Below are positions 1 to 9,021 of a stretch of DNA of 49,817 nt, in pieces. The notes below the pieces were generated by a model, which saw only the letters and a program-made list of their open reading frames with translations, had not been told where the DNA came from and did no database searches. This DNA comes from Candidatus Eiseniibacteriota bacterium. Its GTDB lineage: Bacteria; Eisenbacteria; RBG-16-71-46; JABDJR01; JAWXBZ01. The stretch is from NCBI GenBank assembly GCA_034440375.1, contig JAWXBZ010000030.1, forward strand, positions 1-49,817, given 5' to 3'. A program made the position numbers and the translations under genes. Numbering within the stretch: position 1 is the first letter of the stretch; the number at the start of each line of letters is the position of its first letter.

Positions 1-1824
1 CAGTTCATGCTCAATGAAATCCGTGTCGATCACACCGGCGCCGACGTCGACGAATACGTGGAGATCAAGGGGACGGCTGGCGCGGCGCTCACCAACCACT
101 GGCTGGTGGTCATTGGCGACGGCGCCCCAAGTGGCTGCGGCAACATAGAGAACGCCATCGATCTGAGCACTTACTCGATCCAGGCCGACGGCTACTTTGC
201 CCTTCGCGTCAGCGGCGGTGTGCCAACGCTCACCGGCTACGATGCCACCGTGGCCGGCTCCTTCGAAAACAGCGACAATCTGACGTTTCTGCTCGTGACC
301 GGAAATACGGGAATCGTCGGGAACGACGTTGACGCGGACAACAACGGCGCAATGGACTTTACCCCCTGGACAGCCATCGTGGACGAAATCGGCCTCTCCG
401 AGGGCACTGTCCCGAACTGTGTGACAGCTCTCGACGAGTACCTCTACACCGCGATCACCGTCGGCCCGGATGGGATCAACGTTCCAGGCCATGTTTACCG
501 TTGCTCGGACACGCTGGCCTGGCTGATTGGCCAGTTCAACACCGTGGGTGGCGTTGACACCCCCGGCGCCGTCAACCCGACCTGCCTCACCCCCTTCCCG
601 ACCATCCTCGTCGAGCGGCGCAACATTTGCGCGCCTCTGGGCGGCCAGGCTGTCACCGTGACGGATTCGATCACCGCGGCCACGTCGGCCACGCTCACCT
701 ACTCCGTCAATGCCGGCGCCCCGATCATGGTCGCCATGACGGCGGCCGGCAATCTCTGGTCGGCAGTCATCCCGGGACAGTCCAACGGCTCGGTTGTCAC
801 CTTCCAGGTCGTTGCCAACAACGGCTCGGGCATGGACACCGGACTCTCGCAGGGTTACTTCGTCGGCATTCGAACCATCGCCAGCCTTCGCAGCCCGCAT
901 CCGGTGACCGGCGTCGAGGCCTTCCGCTTCTACGGCGTTCGCATTGCCGGAAAGGTTACTGCGGCCCAGGGGACGTTCAGCGTGATCAACACGGACTTCT
1001 GGGTTCAGGACGCCACGGGCGGTATCCGCATCTTCAAATTCGGCCTTCCGGCCTCCAGCCCCGCCCTTGGTGACGAGGTGACGGTGGCCGGCGAGCTGGA
1101 TCAGTTCAATGGGCTCCTGGAACTCGAGAGCTCCGCCAACTGCGGCGACCTCGACATCACGATCGATTCTCCCGGTGCCCCCCCGACTCCAACGCTGATC
1201 GGTTCCTGTCAGCTCGGCGAGGCGACCGAAGGACGATTCGTCCGGATGGAGTACCCGTTCGTCGACACGACCGGCAACAACGGCCCGAACTGGGTGGGTA
1301 ACCGGACCTACAAGATTCATGATTGCGTCAGCGACACCGTATTGCTCTTCATCGATGTCGACACGAATATCGATGGAACTCCCATCACCACCCGGCAGAT
1401 CGGTATCACCGGTCTCTCCAGTCAGTTCGATACCGTGAGTCCGTTCAAGTCGGGATACCAGATCATCCCCCGCTCGCTGGCGGATCTGACCTACGTCTAT
1501 ACCGCCGGCACGCCCGGTACGCCGTCGGGTCTTCGGGCCCGCCTGTTGCCGAATGCGCCGAACCCGTTCAGCACGACCACGACGATTCGCTACGACGTGG
1601 CCGGCGCGGGTGAAGCCCGTGGCCCGCTGCCGGTGCGGATCAACCTGTACGACGTCACGGGCCGCCATGCGCGCACGCTGGTCAACGAGGCGAAGGCCCC
1701 CGGTTCCTATGAATTGACACTCGATGCCAGCCAGCTCGGCGACTCCCCGTCCGGCATCTACTTCTACGAGATGCTGATCAACGGTGTGTCGGTCGGGACG
1801 CGGAAGTTGCTGGTCAGTCGCTAG
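1..1824 (+). CDS. Secreted lamin-tail-like/Ig-like/OB-fold protein with T9SS type-A-like CTD (5'-truncated by window edge)
   Basis: Frame is open from base 1 (QFMLNEIRVD), matching the mature start of the paralogue at 37615 (QILLNEIRTD), so the signal peptide lies upstream. OB-fold-like segment (FWVQDATGGIRIF...GDEVTVAGEL). C-terminus NAPNPFSTTTTIRY...LYDVTGRHARTLV...SGIYFYEM...RKLLVSR. Confidence 0.75.
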   Translation, partial: QFMLNEIRVDHTGADVDEYVEIKGTAGAALTNHWLVVIGDGAPSGCGNIENAIDLSTYSIQADGYFALRVSGGVPTLTGYDATVAGSFENSDNLTFLLVTGNTGIVGNDVDADNNGAMDFTPWTAIVDEIGLSEGTVPNCVTALDEYLYTAITVGPDGINVPGHVYRCSDTLAWLIGQFNTVGGVDTPGAVNPTCLTPFPTILVERRNICAPLGGQAVTVTDSITAATSATLTYSVNAGAPIMVAMTAAGNLWSAVIPGQSNGSVVTFQVVANNGSGMDTGLSQGYFVGIRTIASLRSPHPVTGVEAFRFYGVRIAGKVTAAQGTFSVINTDFWVQDATGGIRIFKFGLPASSPALGDEVTVAGELDQFNGLLELESSANCGDLDITIDSPGAPPTPTLIGSCQLGEATEGRFVRMEYPFVDTTGNNGPNWVGNRTYKIHDCVSDTVLLFIDVDTNIDGTPITTRQIGITGLSSQFDTVSPFKSGYQIIPRSLADLTYVYTAGTPGTPSGLRARLLPNAPNPFSTTTTIRYDVAGAGEARGPLPVRINLYDVTGRHARTLVNEAKAPGSYELTLDASQLGDSPSGIYFYEMLINGVSVGTRKLLVSR

Positions 1825-1875
1825 TCAGCCACCTGGAAGCGTCGCGCGTTTGACGCTCCCGGTGAATCAAGCCCT

Positions 1876-1911
1876 GCAAAAGGGACCGGAGGCGACTCCG
1901 GTCCCTTTTGC
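1876..1911. terminator. Bidirectional intrinsic terminator
   Basis: Perfect 16-bp inverted repeat GCAAAAGGGACCGGAG-GCGA-CTCCGGTCCCTTTTGC between convergent genes, with an A4/T4 tract in each arm. Confidence 0.9.
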
Positions 1912-1967
1912 TGTCCGTGACGTGTCCTCTGACATCGACCATCGGGAGCCCGACGATCGCCTCTCCC

Positions 1968-2744
1968 CTATTTGCGCAGCTTGAACGTGATCGGCATCAC
2001 GACCCAGACCTCGACCGGCTTGTTCTGGGTCAGGGCGGGACGAAAGATGGCCGTCCGGGCACAGGCGATGGCCGCTTCATGCAGCATCTCCGGCCCGTCG
2101 AGGACGCGGGCCTTCAGGACTTTCCCTTCGCGGGTGATCAGGGCCTGGACGATGACCGTTCCTTCCACCCCGGCGTCAACCGCCACCTTCGGATAGACCG
2201 GCGGATCCATTCGCAGCCTTTCCGGATCGGACTCCACGGCGATGAAGTCTTCCGGTGAGGGATGCTCGTCGCCGGTCCCGGATCCGGATTCGCCCCCGAC
2301 CACGAGGGAATCCCCACCGCCCATGCCGAAATCGCCCGTCGACGTGCTCGGGATTTCCTCGGTCATTTCGGTTTGCGTGGCGATCGTCGGCGCTTCGGCC
2401 TCCATGACCGGCACCGGTTCCGGAACGCCGATGGACGGTGGTGCCACTGCCTGCGCGATGTTGAGCTGCGGCGGTGCCGGGCGGGCAATCGATGGCGGCA
2501 CACCCAGGTCCGTGTAACGGACGAGCCGAATCGGGCGCGCCGCCAATGGAGCTTGCTGCCGCGAATTCCAGAGTATCCAGAGGAGAAACAGGGCAAGCCC
2601 AAGAATGAGTGTGGTCGCGCTGGCCCAGCTCATCCACCGGACGAATTCGCGGTTCAGCGGGTGTTGCTCACCCGTCAAGGGCAGCGCGGTCGCATCCGCC
2701 AGGTTGAGGGCACCCGCCGGGCGGGTCAATACGTCGGGCTTCAT
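1968..2744 (-). CDS. tonB: Energy transducer TonB
   Basis: N-terminal TM helix, Pro-rich linker, TonB_C motifs PVYPKVAVDAGVEGTVIVQALITREGKV and FRPALTQNKPVEVWVVMPITF. Confidence 0.93.
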   Translation of the reverse strand: MKPDVLTRPAGALNLADATALPLTGEQHPLNREFVRWMSWASATTLILGLALFLLWILWNSRQQAPLAARPIRLVRYTDLGVPPSIARPAPPQLNIAQAVAPPSIGVPEPVPVMEAEAPTIATQTEMTEEIPSTSTGDFGMGGGDSLVVGGESGSGTGDEHPSPEDFIAVESDPERLRMDPPVYPKVAVDAGVEGTVIVQALITREGKVLKARVLDGPEMLHEAAIACARTAIFRPALTQNKPVEVWVVMPITFKLRK

Positions 2745-3244
2745 CGGCCGGCCGGCAGGAGGCGTTCTTCGTCGTCCGGGAGCGGCACCACGCTGAATCG
2801 TTCCATCCCGGCATCCTCGAGCGTGTCCATCATCTCGACCATCGATTCATAGCGCGCCTGGCGATGAATCTTGACCAGGATGATGAGCTCCGGATTCCGC
2901 CGCGACTCCTGATCGAAGATCCGGGCGAGATCCGTCCACGAAAGGAGGGCCACCGGCTGAACGCCGATGCGATAGGACAACCTGTCTTTTTGATCGACAA
3001 AAAGGGTCAGGACATTCTGTTCCGGAACCTTGACCTGCGCATCCGGTCCGGGCATGTTGATTTCCATGGCCAGTGGCTGGCGGAAGACGGTGGTCACCAT
3101 GAAAAAAATCAGCAACAGGAAGGCCACATCGACCATCGGCGTCATGTCGATGCGGACGGCGCCCTGCTTTTTCGACCGGCGGATTTGAATGACGTTTTCC
3201 CGCCGCGCCGGGGCGGCGCCCGTGTCGGAATCCATCTGGACCAT
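2741..3244 (-). CDS. exbD: Biopolymer transport protein ExbD/TolR
   Basis: IDMTPMVDVAFLLLIFFMV signature; 4-nt overlap with tonB. Confidence 0.93.
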   Translation of the reverse strand: MVQMDSDTGAAPARRENVIQIRRSKKQGAVRIDMTPMVDVAFLLLIFFMVTTVFRQPLAMEINMPGPDAQVKVPEQNVLTLFVDQKDRLSYRIGVQPVALLSWTDLARIFDQESRRNPELIILVKIHRQARYESMVEMMDTLEDAGMERFSVVPLPDDEERLLPAGR

Positions 3245-3676
3245 GGTCAGTTCCCCGGCTCGCCGCTGTTGCCGGCGCCATCACGAGGCCTCTTCTTCAA
3301 ATCGGTCATCAGGTTGAAGCGAAGCGCCTTGGCTTCGGCCAGCGCCTCCATCACATCCGACACGGTGCCGAAGTCAGCTCCCTTGTCCCCCTTCAGAATC
3401 ATCACGGCTCCGGGGTTCCGGCCGCGCCAGGTGACGATGGTGTCGACAAGATTCGACTTGTTCACCGGCTGCGATTCGGTGGCCTTCTCATTGGAGATGT
3501 AGATCTCACCCTCTTTGTTCACGGTCAGGATGATGGTGCCCGTCTCCGGGACTCGAATTTCGGAGCTGGACGCGGGTAGCTGTACCGATACGGCTTCCGG
3601 AGGCTTGAACTGGGTCGTTGACATGAAAAAAATCAGCAACAGGAAGGCCACATCGACCATGGGCGTCATGTCGATG
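3098..3676. repeat. 55-bp near-identical repeat shared by the two exbD genes (3098-3152 and 3622-3676)
   Basis: CATGAAAAAAATCAGCAACAGGAAGGCCACATCGACCAT[C/G]GGCGTCATGTCGATG, 54/55 identical. Confidence 0.9.
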
Positions 3677-3708
3677 TGCACGCGGGAGTGCTTCTTCCCG
3701 GCGGCCAA
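3247..3708 (-). CDS. exbD: Biopolymer transport protein ExbD/TolR (second copy)
   Basis: IDMTPMVDVAFLLLIFFMS and ILKGDKGADFGTVSDVM motifs; TTG start next to the exbB stop. Confidence 0.92.
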   Translation of the reverse strand: MAAGKKHSRVHIDMTPMVDVAFLLLIFFMSTTQFKPPEAVSVQLPASSSEIRVPETGTIILTVNKEGEIYISNEKATESQPVNKSNLVDTIVTWRGRNPGAVMILKGDKGADFGTVSDVMEALAEAKALRFNLMTDLKKRPRDGAGNSGEPGN

Positions 3709-3711
3709 GAA

Positions 3712-4437
3712 TCAGCTGTCCTTGCGTTCGCGCAGGATCGAGAGAACTTCGAAAGCGGCCTCTTCCATGTTGCTTCCGATATTCTCCACCCGCGTCGTGA
3801 AGTAGTTGTGCAGCACGATCCCGATGATGGCCGTGATCAATCCCAGGGCCGTGTTGACCAGTGCCTCGGAAATGCCGAGGGCAAGCTGGACCGCGTCCGG
3901 CGACCCCGCATGGGACATGGCACGGAAGGCGCGAATCATCCCGATGGTGGTACCCAGGAGGCCAAGCAGGGTGGCAATCGAAGCGATGGTCGAGAGGGCG
4001 TTCAGGTTTCGCTCAAGGATCGGCGTTTCCAGGGCGCTGGCCTCCTCGATGGCGCGCCGGGTTTCCGCCAGCATTTCCTTCCTGTCGACTCCCCCTCCAA
4101 CCAGGCTCTGCCAGGTGCTCAAGCCGGCGCCGATGACGTTTCCAATCGTCCCTCCCTGGATCTTGCTGGCCGCCAGCGCGCCGGCCACATCACCGGCTGC
4201 CAGCGACTTCTTGAGGGTGGCCACGAAGGCATGAGCCCCCGAACGCCCGCCGGCTCGCCAGAGCACCAGTGTCCGCTCGATGCCGTAGGTCACGACCAGG
4301 AAGAGACTGGTCAGGCCCAGGATCAAGAGCGGTCCGCCCTGCTTGATGTACTCCGGTGAATTTTTCCAGATGAGCCACGAGGCCAGCACGGAGAGAAGAA
4401 AGACCGGGACGAATATGTAGCTGCTGACGTTCTTCAT
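3712..4437 (-). CDS. exbB: MotA/TolQ/ExbB proton channel protein
   Basis: LSTIASIATLLGLLGTTIGMIRAF and GISEALVNTALGLITAI motifs. Confidence 0.95.
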   Translation of the reverse strand: MKNVSSYIFVPVFLLSVLASWLIWKNSPEYIKQGGPLLILGLTSLFLVVTYGIERTLVLWRAGGRSGAHAFVATLKKSLAAGDVAGALAASKIQGGTIGNVIGAGLSTWQSLVGGGVDRKEMLAETRRAIEEASALETPILERNLNALSTIASIATLLGLLGTTIGMIRAFRAMSHAGSPDAVQLALGISEALVNTALGLITAIIGIVLHNYFTTRVENIGSNMEEAAFEVLSILRERKDS

Positions 4438-4600
4438 GCCGAGGTACCCCCGTGGATCGAACGCGTCATTTGTGAGTCCCGGAATTCCGGGCCGGTCCGG
4501 CGACGCTCCGATAGTTCACCACGTTCGTGGGTTCGGAGCCAAGCCCCCGGTCGGTCGCGCTCGATGCGCCGCGCCGGTTGGTGCCAGGGCGGTATCCATC

Positions 4601-6421
4601 TCAGCCGCCACCCGATTGTGAGGCTCGTGCCTTTTCCAGCAATTCCATCCCCTTCTTCATCGTGACGTTTCGCGGATCGATGACCATCGCCTTGCGAAAG
4701 GCTTCCTCGCTGGCATCCAACCGGGAAAGGCCAAGATAGGCGTTTCCCAGGCCAGCCCATCCATCCGCGTTCCCGGGCTCCGCTCTCGTCGCGGCCTCGT
4801 AGGATTTCGCGGCTTCGGCGTAACGGCCGCCTCGAATCTGACAGTAGGCCACGCCGCGCAGCGCGCGCGGATTACCAGGTTCGGTGGTGAGCACCCGTCG
4901 ATATTCCGCCTCGGCGGCGGGGAGGGAATCGCTCACCGCCAGTGCCTGGGCCAGGAGAAGTCGGCCCATCGGGACGGTCGAATCGAGCGCAACCGCCCGC
5001 CGGAATGCCGGGATGGAGTCCCTCGTCCGTTTCGCCTGAAAAAAAGCGATGCCGAGGTTGAGCCAGGTCAGTGGCGCCTCCGGCTTGATTGAGAGAGACT
5101 TCTCGAAACGGACCCGTGCCGAATCCGGCCGGCCGGCATTCATGTCGAGCAATCCGTACTGAAACCACGATTCGGCCGATTCCGGTTCCAGTGCCAGGAG
5201 CTGACGGAGGCTGGTCTCGGCGGCCGCATCATTGCCGGCGTCCGTCTGCCCGGTTGCCAGCGCCGTCCAATCGGTGGCTGTCCATCCGACCGTGTCGGGG
5301 AGGGCGGCGAATTGTCGGACGGCCTCGATTCGCACCGCCTTGTCCGGACTCCGCAGGCCGGCTCGCACGCGAACGGACCGGGCCCGTGCCGAACTGCTGT
5401 CAGCTGCCAGGGCTCGCTCCACCGCTTCCAGAGCGCCCGTCGGCTGCCCCAGATCGAGTTCGGTTTCCGCCAGGGAAATCAGGGCCGCGACATCGTTCGG
5501 CACGATGTCCAGGTACCGTCGATACGCCCGCTGCGCCCGATCGTATTGCCGGGCCCGTCCAAACAGATTTCCCAGATCGAGAAATGCCGGGGCGTAGGTC
5601 GAATCGATTTGAACCGCCTTGAGGTAGCTGTCACGCGCCTCGTTGTATCGCTTCAGGCGCTGATACAACCCGCCCATGGAGTGCAGGAGGGGTGCCGTCG
5701 GGGTCTGACCCGGGGCGGCCAGCGCCTTTTCCAGCGCCCCGAGGGCCAGGGCCGGAATATTCTTCTGTTCGTAGATCGTTGCCACCAGGATGGCGTAGTC
5801 CGGATCCAGGGGAACGAGACCGGAGGCAACGAGGGCCTCGGATTCCGCGCCGGTCAGATCCTTCTGCTGTAAATAATAGAGAGCCATCCCGTGGTGATAC
5901 AGATCTTCCCCCTGCTTGACCCCGTTTCGGGACGCCCCCTTCTCGAAATGCGCCCGGGCCGATTCCAGATGCCCGGCCTCGAGGAGCATCCGCCCCCGGC
6001 CGTAATTGGCGGGCCAGAGATCATCGTCGGCGGCGAGCGCCAGATCGAACTCCATTCCGGCCTCCGCCCATCGACCGGTGCGGAGCAGAAGTCGCCCCAG
6101 CTCGGCACGAGCGCCGGGAAATTCCTCGGTCCGGCTCTTCCGAAGCTCAATGGCCTCTCGGAAGAACGCCTCGGCCTCGCCGTAGCGCCCCTCCCGCGCG
6201 GCAACCCGCCCGAGACCGTCAGCGGCCCGGTCGAGCTGGTAGCCGGCCGCTCTTGCCTCATCGAAGCGCGTCCGGGCTTCGTCCATTTGCCCCTCTTCAA
6301 GCGCCTTCGTCCCCAGCTTGATCGGGTCCGTATCCATGGGGTATGTCGGTTCGGCCTCTGCCGTTGGTGCGCCGAGCAGGATCAGGAGGAGGAAGACCGT
6401 TCCAAGGCGACCCGGGCTCAC
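4601..6421 (-). CDS. Exported tetratricopeptide-repeat protein
   Basis: Signal peptide, then many TPR units (e.g. AFLDLGNLFGRARQYDRAQRAYRRYLDIVP, GWAGLGNAYLGLSRLDASEEAFRKAMVIDP). Confidence 0.9.
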   Translation of the reverse strand: MSPGRLGTVFLLLILLGAPTAEAEPTYPMDTDPIKLGTKALEEGQMDEARTRFDEARAAGYQLDRAADGLGRVAAREGRYGEAEAFFREAIELRKSRTEEFPGARAELGRLLLRTGRWAEAGMEFDLALAADDDLWPANYGRGRMLLEAGHLESARAHFEKGASRNGVKQGEDLYHHGMALYYLQQKDLTGAESEALVASGLVPLDPDYAILVATIYEQKNIPALALGALEKALAAPGQTPTAPLLHSMGGLYQRLKRYNEARDSYLKAVQIDSTYAPAFLDLGNLFGRARQYDRAQRAYRRYLDIVPNDVAALISLAETELDLGQPTGALEAVERALAADSSSARARSVRVRAGLRSPDKAVRIEAVRQFAALPDTVGWTATDWTALATGQTDAGNDAAAETSLRQLLALEPESAESWFQYGLLDMNAGRPDSARVRFEKSLSIKPEAPLTWLNLGIAFFQAKRTRDSIPAFRRAVALDSTVPMGRLLLAQALAVSDSLPAAEAEYRRVLTTEPGNPRALRGVAYCQIRGGRYAEAAKSYEAATRAEPGNADGWAGLGNAYLGLSRLDASEEAFRKAMVIDPRNVTMKKGMELLEKARASQSGGG

Positions 6422-7380
6422 TTCGGATTTCCAATCGGATCGAAGGAGAGCGCGACGGCACGCAACGCCTGTCGCGCCGGCAGGTAACCGGCCCGTTCAA
6501 TCTGGCGCTGGACGCGAGAACTGGTCAGATGTGTGAGGAACATGTCGCCTTCGAGTCCCCCCCCCGGCCGGCTTACGGCATAGAGGTAGTGAAAGAGAGG
6601 ATAACGACCCGCTCCGATACTCTCATAATCGGGCCGCTCCGACGCGGCGCCTGGATCAATGCCTGACAGGGCCATGGCTCGGACACCGGATCCCGCCAGG
6701 TTCTCCGGAAGAGAAAGCGAGCTCGCCAGTCCGATGGACCGGGGATCCCGGCTCACGGCATCGAGGACCGCGGCTTGGTCGGAAAGAAAGATTACGTTCG
6801 GTCCCCGCGCGCTGTCCGGTTGATGCGGGGCCAGTCCGGCCAGGAATGAGGCCCACAGGCCGCTGTTGGGGTCGGGGGCATAGAGTCGATCAATCCCGTC
6901 GAGGGGTCCGCTCAGAGCCAGTCCACGCAGATCGGACAGGCCGAGTTCCTCTCCCGGATGGCCGGTGGCGGCTACCAAAACCAGTCCACCGAGGGCGATC
7001 CGCATCACCACCACGGTGTCGCCGGTGGCTTCGAGGAAGAGCCGCTGCTCCAGCGCCGTCGCGGGACGCAGGGTGAACGCCACGTCGCACCGGCGATTGA
7101 TCAGCAACTCCAGCGCCCGGTTCGTTCCACCCCCCTCCCGGAGCACCTGCACCCGCGGATAATCCCGGCGGTATCCATCGACAAGTCGCAGAAGGAGCTC
7201 GGAGGCGAGATCGACGCCGGCCAGTGTGAGCGTATTGGGCACCGCGCCCTCGGTCCGCGCGCGGGAGAAAAGGTGACGCCAATCCACGCTCCTGCGGGCC
7301 TGGAACAGAAGGATCAGCACGGCAAGGTAGGCCATCAGCCGAAACAGCAGCCAGATCTGCCGTCGTCGTGAAGAATCCAT
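6418..7380 (-). CDS. PstS-like/PBP2 substrate-binding-domain protein with N-terminal membrane anchor
   Basis: Start reassigned to ATG 7380 (MDSSRRRQ) behind AAAAGGGGA. Motifs YRRDYPRVQV...GGGTNRALELL, VLDAVSRDPRSIG, YESIGAGRYPLFHYLY. Confidence 0.75.
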   Translation of the reverse strand: MDSSRRRQIWLLFRLMAYLAVLILLFQARRSVDWRHLFSRARTEGAVPNTLTLAGVDLASELLLRLVDGYRRDYPRVQVLREGGGTNRALELLINRRCDVAFTLRPATALEQRLFLEATGDTVVVMRIALGGLVLVAATGHPGEELGLSDLRGLALSGPLDGIDRLYAPDPNSGLWASFLAGLAPHQPDSARGPNVIFLSDQAAVLDAVSRDPRSIGLASSLSLPENLAGSGVRAMALSGIDPGAASERPDYESIGAGRYPLFHYLYAVSRPGGGLEGDMFLTHLTSSRVQRQIERAGYLPARQALRAVALSFDPIGNPK

Positions 7381-7497
7381 TGTCCCCTTTTCCTCCGCCT
7401 GGCTGCCTGATCTGGATTGAGCATAGGTCTCCCCCGTGCACCGCATCAAACGAGGGGGCGCGGGAGCGGGCTTCCCCGCGCCGAAAAGGGTGACGGC

Positions 7498-7526
7498 TTG
7501 CAGTGGACGGGTCGCGCAGTGAGAAT
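7498..7526 (+). promoter_or_regulatory. Putative sigma70 promoter, possibly leaderless, for the GH144-ABC operon
   Basis: TTGCAG-17 nt-GAGAAT ending 6 nt before ATG 7533; no Shine-Dalgarno visible. Confidence 0.4.
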
Positions 7527-7532
7527 AGCGGC

Positions 7533-8987
7533 ATGAACCGCCCACCCCTGTTCCGTATCGCCCGCCTGACCCTCCTCTTTCTGATAACGCTCGCCGCACC
7601 GACTCTCACCGGCTGCCACGCTTCGAAGTCCCGGGTCGAGACGGCGCACCCCTCCGATGAAACCGCTTTCCTGGACGACCTGGAGGAGCGGAGCTTTCGC
7701 TGGTTCTGGGATGTCTCTGATTCTTCAACCGGCCTGACACCGGATCGTTGGCCGACTCGCTCCTTCCAGAGCATTGCGGCCACCGGCTTCGCGCTCACGG
7801 CCTACCCCATCGGCGTCGAGCGGGGCTGGATCACAAGGGGGCAGGCGCGCCGCCGCGTGCTCGACACGCTGCGATTTCTCTGGAGCGCTCCACAGGATTC
7901 CCTGTCGGCCGGTGTAATCGGATACAAGGGATTCTTCTACCACTTCCTCGAACCCGAGACCGGACATCGATTCCAGGAGGTCGAGCTCTCCACGATCGAC
8001 ACGGCCCTCCTTTTGGCCGGCGCCTTTACCTGCCAGTCCTGGTTCGACCAGGCCGTCCCGGAGGAGATGGAGATCCGGGCGCTGACGGATTCCATCTACG
8101 CGCGCGTCGACTGGCAATGGGCCTCGGTCCGCCCGCCACTGATCGGTCATGGATGGAAACCCGAAAGCGGTCACCTCGGCTACGACTGGCGCGGCTATAA
8201 CGAGGCGATGCTGGTCTATCTGTTCGCGCTGGGCTCACCCACCCATCCGGTGGTGAAGGAAGCCTGGGACGGGTGGATTTCCGGTTACCGGTGGGGTCGT
8301 TTTCAGGAGCAGGAGCATCTCGGTTTCGCCCCACTGTTCGGACATCAGTACTCCCATGTCTGGATCGATTTCCGCGGCATAAAGGACGACTACATCCGGG
8401 AACGAGGCATCGACTACTTCGAGAACTCCCGGCGGGCCACGCTGGCCCAGTACGCCTACGCCCTCGCCAATCCCGGGGGTTTCACCGGCTACGGTGCGGA
8501 TCTCTGGGGCCTGACGGCCTGCGACGGACCGGTCAGCGGCCTCTTCCCGGTCCAGGGCCAACCGGTCCAGTTCAACACCTACTGGGCCCGTGGTGCCACC
8601 TTTGATGAGATCCGGGACGATGGAACCATCTCACCCACCGCGGCCGGCGGATCCATCGCCTTCGCGCCGGAAATCGTCATTCCGGTGTTGATGTCCATGA
8701 AGCGAATATATGGTGAGAACCTGTATTCGACTTATGGCTTCCTGGATGCGCTGAATCCAACCTTTCGCTTCGAGACACCCGTGCAGCATGGCCGGGTCAT
8801 CCGCGGGGTTGGCTGGTTCGACACGGACTATCTCGGCATCGATCAGGGGCCGATCCTGACCATGGTGGAGAACTACCGCACGGAACTGGTCTGGAAAGCC
8901 ATGCGACGCAATTCACATGTCCGGCGGGGCCTCAAGGCGGCCGGATTCACGGGCGGCTGGCTCGACGATGCGCCGGCCGAGCGGTGA
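7533..8987 (+). CDS. Glycoamylase-domain (GH144-type) endo-beta-1,2-glucanase, predicted lipoprotein
   Basis: Lipobox LTGC. Motifs GLTPDR, SIAATGFAL, KGFFYHF, ELSTIDTALL, GYNEAM, PLFGHQYSHVWIDFRG, YFENSRRATLAQ, WGLTACDGP, LGIDQGPIL. Start reassigned to ATG 7533. Confidence 0.85.
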   Translation: MNRPPLFRIARLTLLFLITLAAPTLTGCHASKSRVETAHPSDETAFLDDLEERSFRWFWDVSDSSTGLTPDRWPTRSFQSIAATGFALTAYPIGVERGWITRGQARRRVLDTLRFLWSAPQDSLSAGVIGYKGFFYHFLEPETGHRFQEVELSTIDTALLLAGAFTCQSWFDQAVPEEMEIRALTDSIYARVDWQWASVRPPLIGHGWKPESGHLGYDWRGYNEAMLVYLFALGSPTHPVVKEAWDGWISGYRWGRFQEQEHLGFAPLFGHQYSHVWIDFRGIKDDYIRERGIDYFENSRRATLAQYAYALANPGGFTGYGADLWGLTACDGPVSGLFPVQGQPVQFNTYWARGATFDEIRDDGTISPTAAGGSIAFAPEIVIPVLMSMKRIYGENLYSTYGFLDALNPTFRFETPVQHGRVIRGVGWFDTDYLGIDQGPILTMVENYRTELVWKAMRRNSHVRRGLKAAGFTGGWLDDAPAER

Positions 8988-9021
8988 GCGCCCGTCGGAA
9001 CCACTCTGCCGGTTTCGATAC

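Noticed and set aside
4478-4491. Perfect palindrome CCCGGAATTCCGGG upstream of exbB
   Set aside because: Single GC-rich occurrence with no second copy or matching regulator; may be chance.
6418-7380. Phosphate uptake system (pstS)
   Set aside because: No pstCAB or phoU nearby; it sits in a TonB cluster and is only fold-level similar.
7533-8987. Starch-degrading glucoamylase
   Set aside because: The 'glycoamylase' domain name is historical; motifs and GH94/GH1 context point to beta-glucan, and no GH13 gene is present.
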